The notes beneath the pieces were generated by a model that saw only the letters and a program-made list of their open reading frames with translations, was not told where the DNA came from and ran no database searches. From positions 64,001-128,000 of IMG/VR virus record IMGVR_UViG_3300042291_000844: a stretch of 64,000 nucleotides of DNA; one strand, given 5' to 3'. This DNA is from a virus (Duplodnaviria; Caudoviricetes). Numbering within the stretch: position 1 is the first letter of the stretch; each line of letters starts with the position of its first letter. This document shows, piece after piece, positions 63,725-64,000 of this stretch. A program made the translations under genes and the position numbers.

Positions 63725-64000
63725 TTATTTTCTAAGATTTTCTAAACGAAGAATTTCATCTTTAATTTTCTGATTATATGGATTCCATTTTATATTATCC
63801 AATAACCACTTACGATAGTAGGGTGGAATGGATGCTACCGGTTTGTTTGAATACTTACCAAATGTCATATAAATCTTTTGTATCTCCCCCTCTTCATTTC
63901 GTTGTTCTGATAAATTGATACCACCCTCTAAATGGATTCCAATTTCATGCATTGGGATACCTGTAAGTTTCTTTTTATTTTCACCATACAATTCCCATAT
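63725..64000 (-). CDS. C-terminal fragment of a larger protein (possibly a helicase) ending in an MTFGKY domain
   Basis: Frame is open to the window edge (IWELYGENK...); MTFGKY..KPV..IP.YY.KW.L resembles DUF3820-type tails. Confidence 0.55.
   Translation of the reverse strand: MWELYGENKKKLTGIPMHEIGIHLEGGINLSEQRNEEGEIQKIYMTFGKYSNKPVASIPPYYRKWLLDNIKWNPYNQKIKDEILRLENLRK

Noticed and set aside
1-64000. tRNA/rRNA genes or stop-codon recoding
   Set aside because: No intergenic space with cloverleaf motifs was seen; long ORFs are intact under the standard bacterial code

Overview
A gene-dense, AT-rich 64-kb segment of a large contractile-tailed phage (Caudoviricetes, myovirus-type). Its host is most likely a Bacteroidota, because four TTTG-N20-TATCTTTG-type promoters are present. 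Nearly every gene is on the minus strand. From left to right the window holds: (i) a 17.8-kb glycan island with three SDR sugar epimerases, RmlC, a ThDP E1-alpha-like subunit, a radical SAM enzyme, two GT7 galactosyltransferase-like genes with an inserted LamG domain, GT2-like, GT-B, GT60-like and GT95/96-like glycosyltransferases, a methyltransferase, an SGNH hydrolase and a double 2OG-Fe(II) prolyl hydroxylase; (ii) a Pro/Thr-repeat protein ending in a Hint domain and a 1937-aa tail fibre with an S74 chaperone; (iii) a fused Mre11-Rad50 (SbcD-SbcC), a primase, a GIY-YIG protein and a sulfotransferase; (iv) a baseplate module (gp6-, gp25- and gp5-like, plus two peptidoglycan-hydrolase fusions); (v) an accessory block with an Ntn hydrolase, carbamoyltransferase, sigma-like protein, HAD phosphatases, radical SAM, peptide deformylase, ABC-ATPase-GNAT fusion, ThyA and small genes. 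The best candidate for a new system is one tightly coupled late operon: tail fibre, then Pro/Thr-repeat Hint protein, prolyl hydroxylase, SGNH, plant HPAT/SGT-like GT and protist Gnt1-like (GT60) GT. It looks like a phage-encoded hydroxyproline O-glycosylation pathway sitting next to its own virion substrate. All family assignments come from reading motifs by eye; no searches were run.
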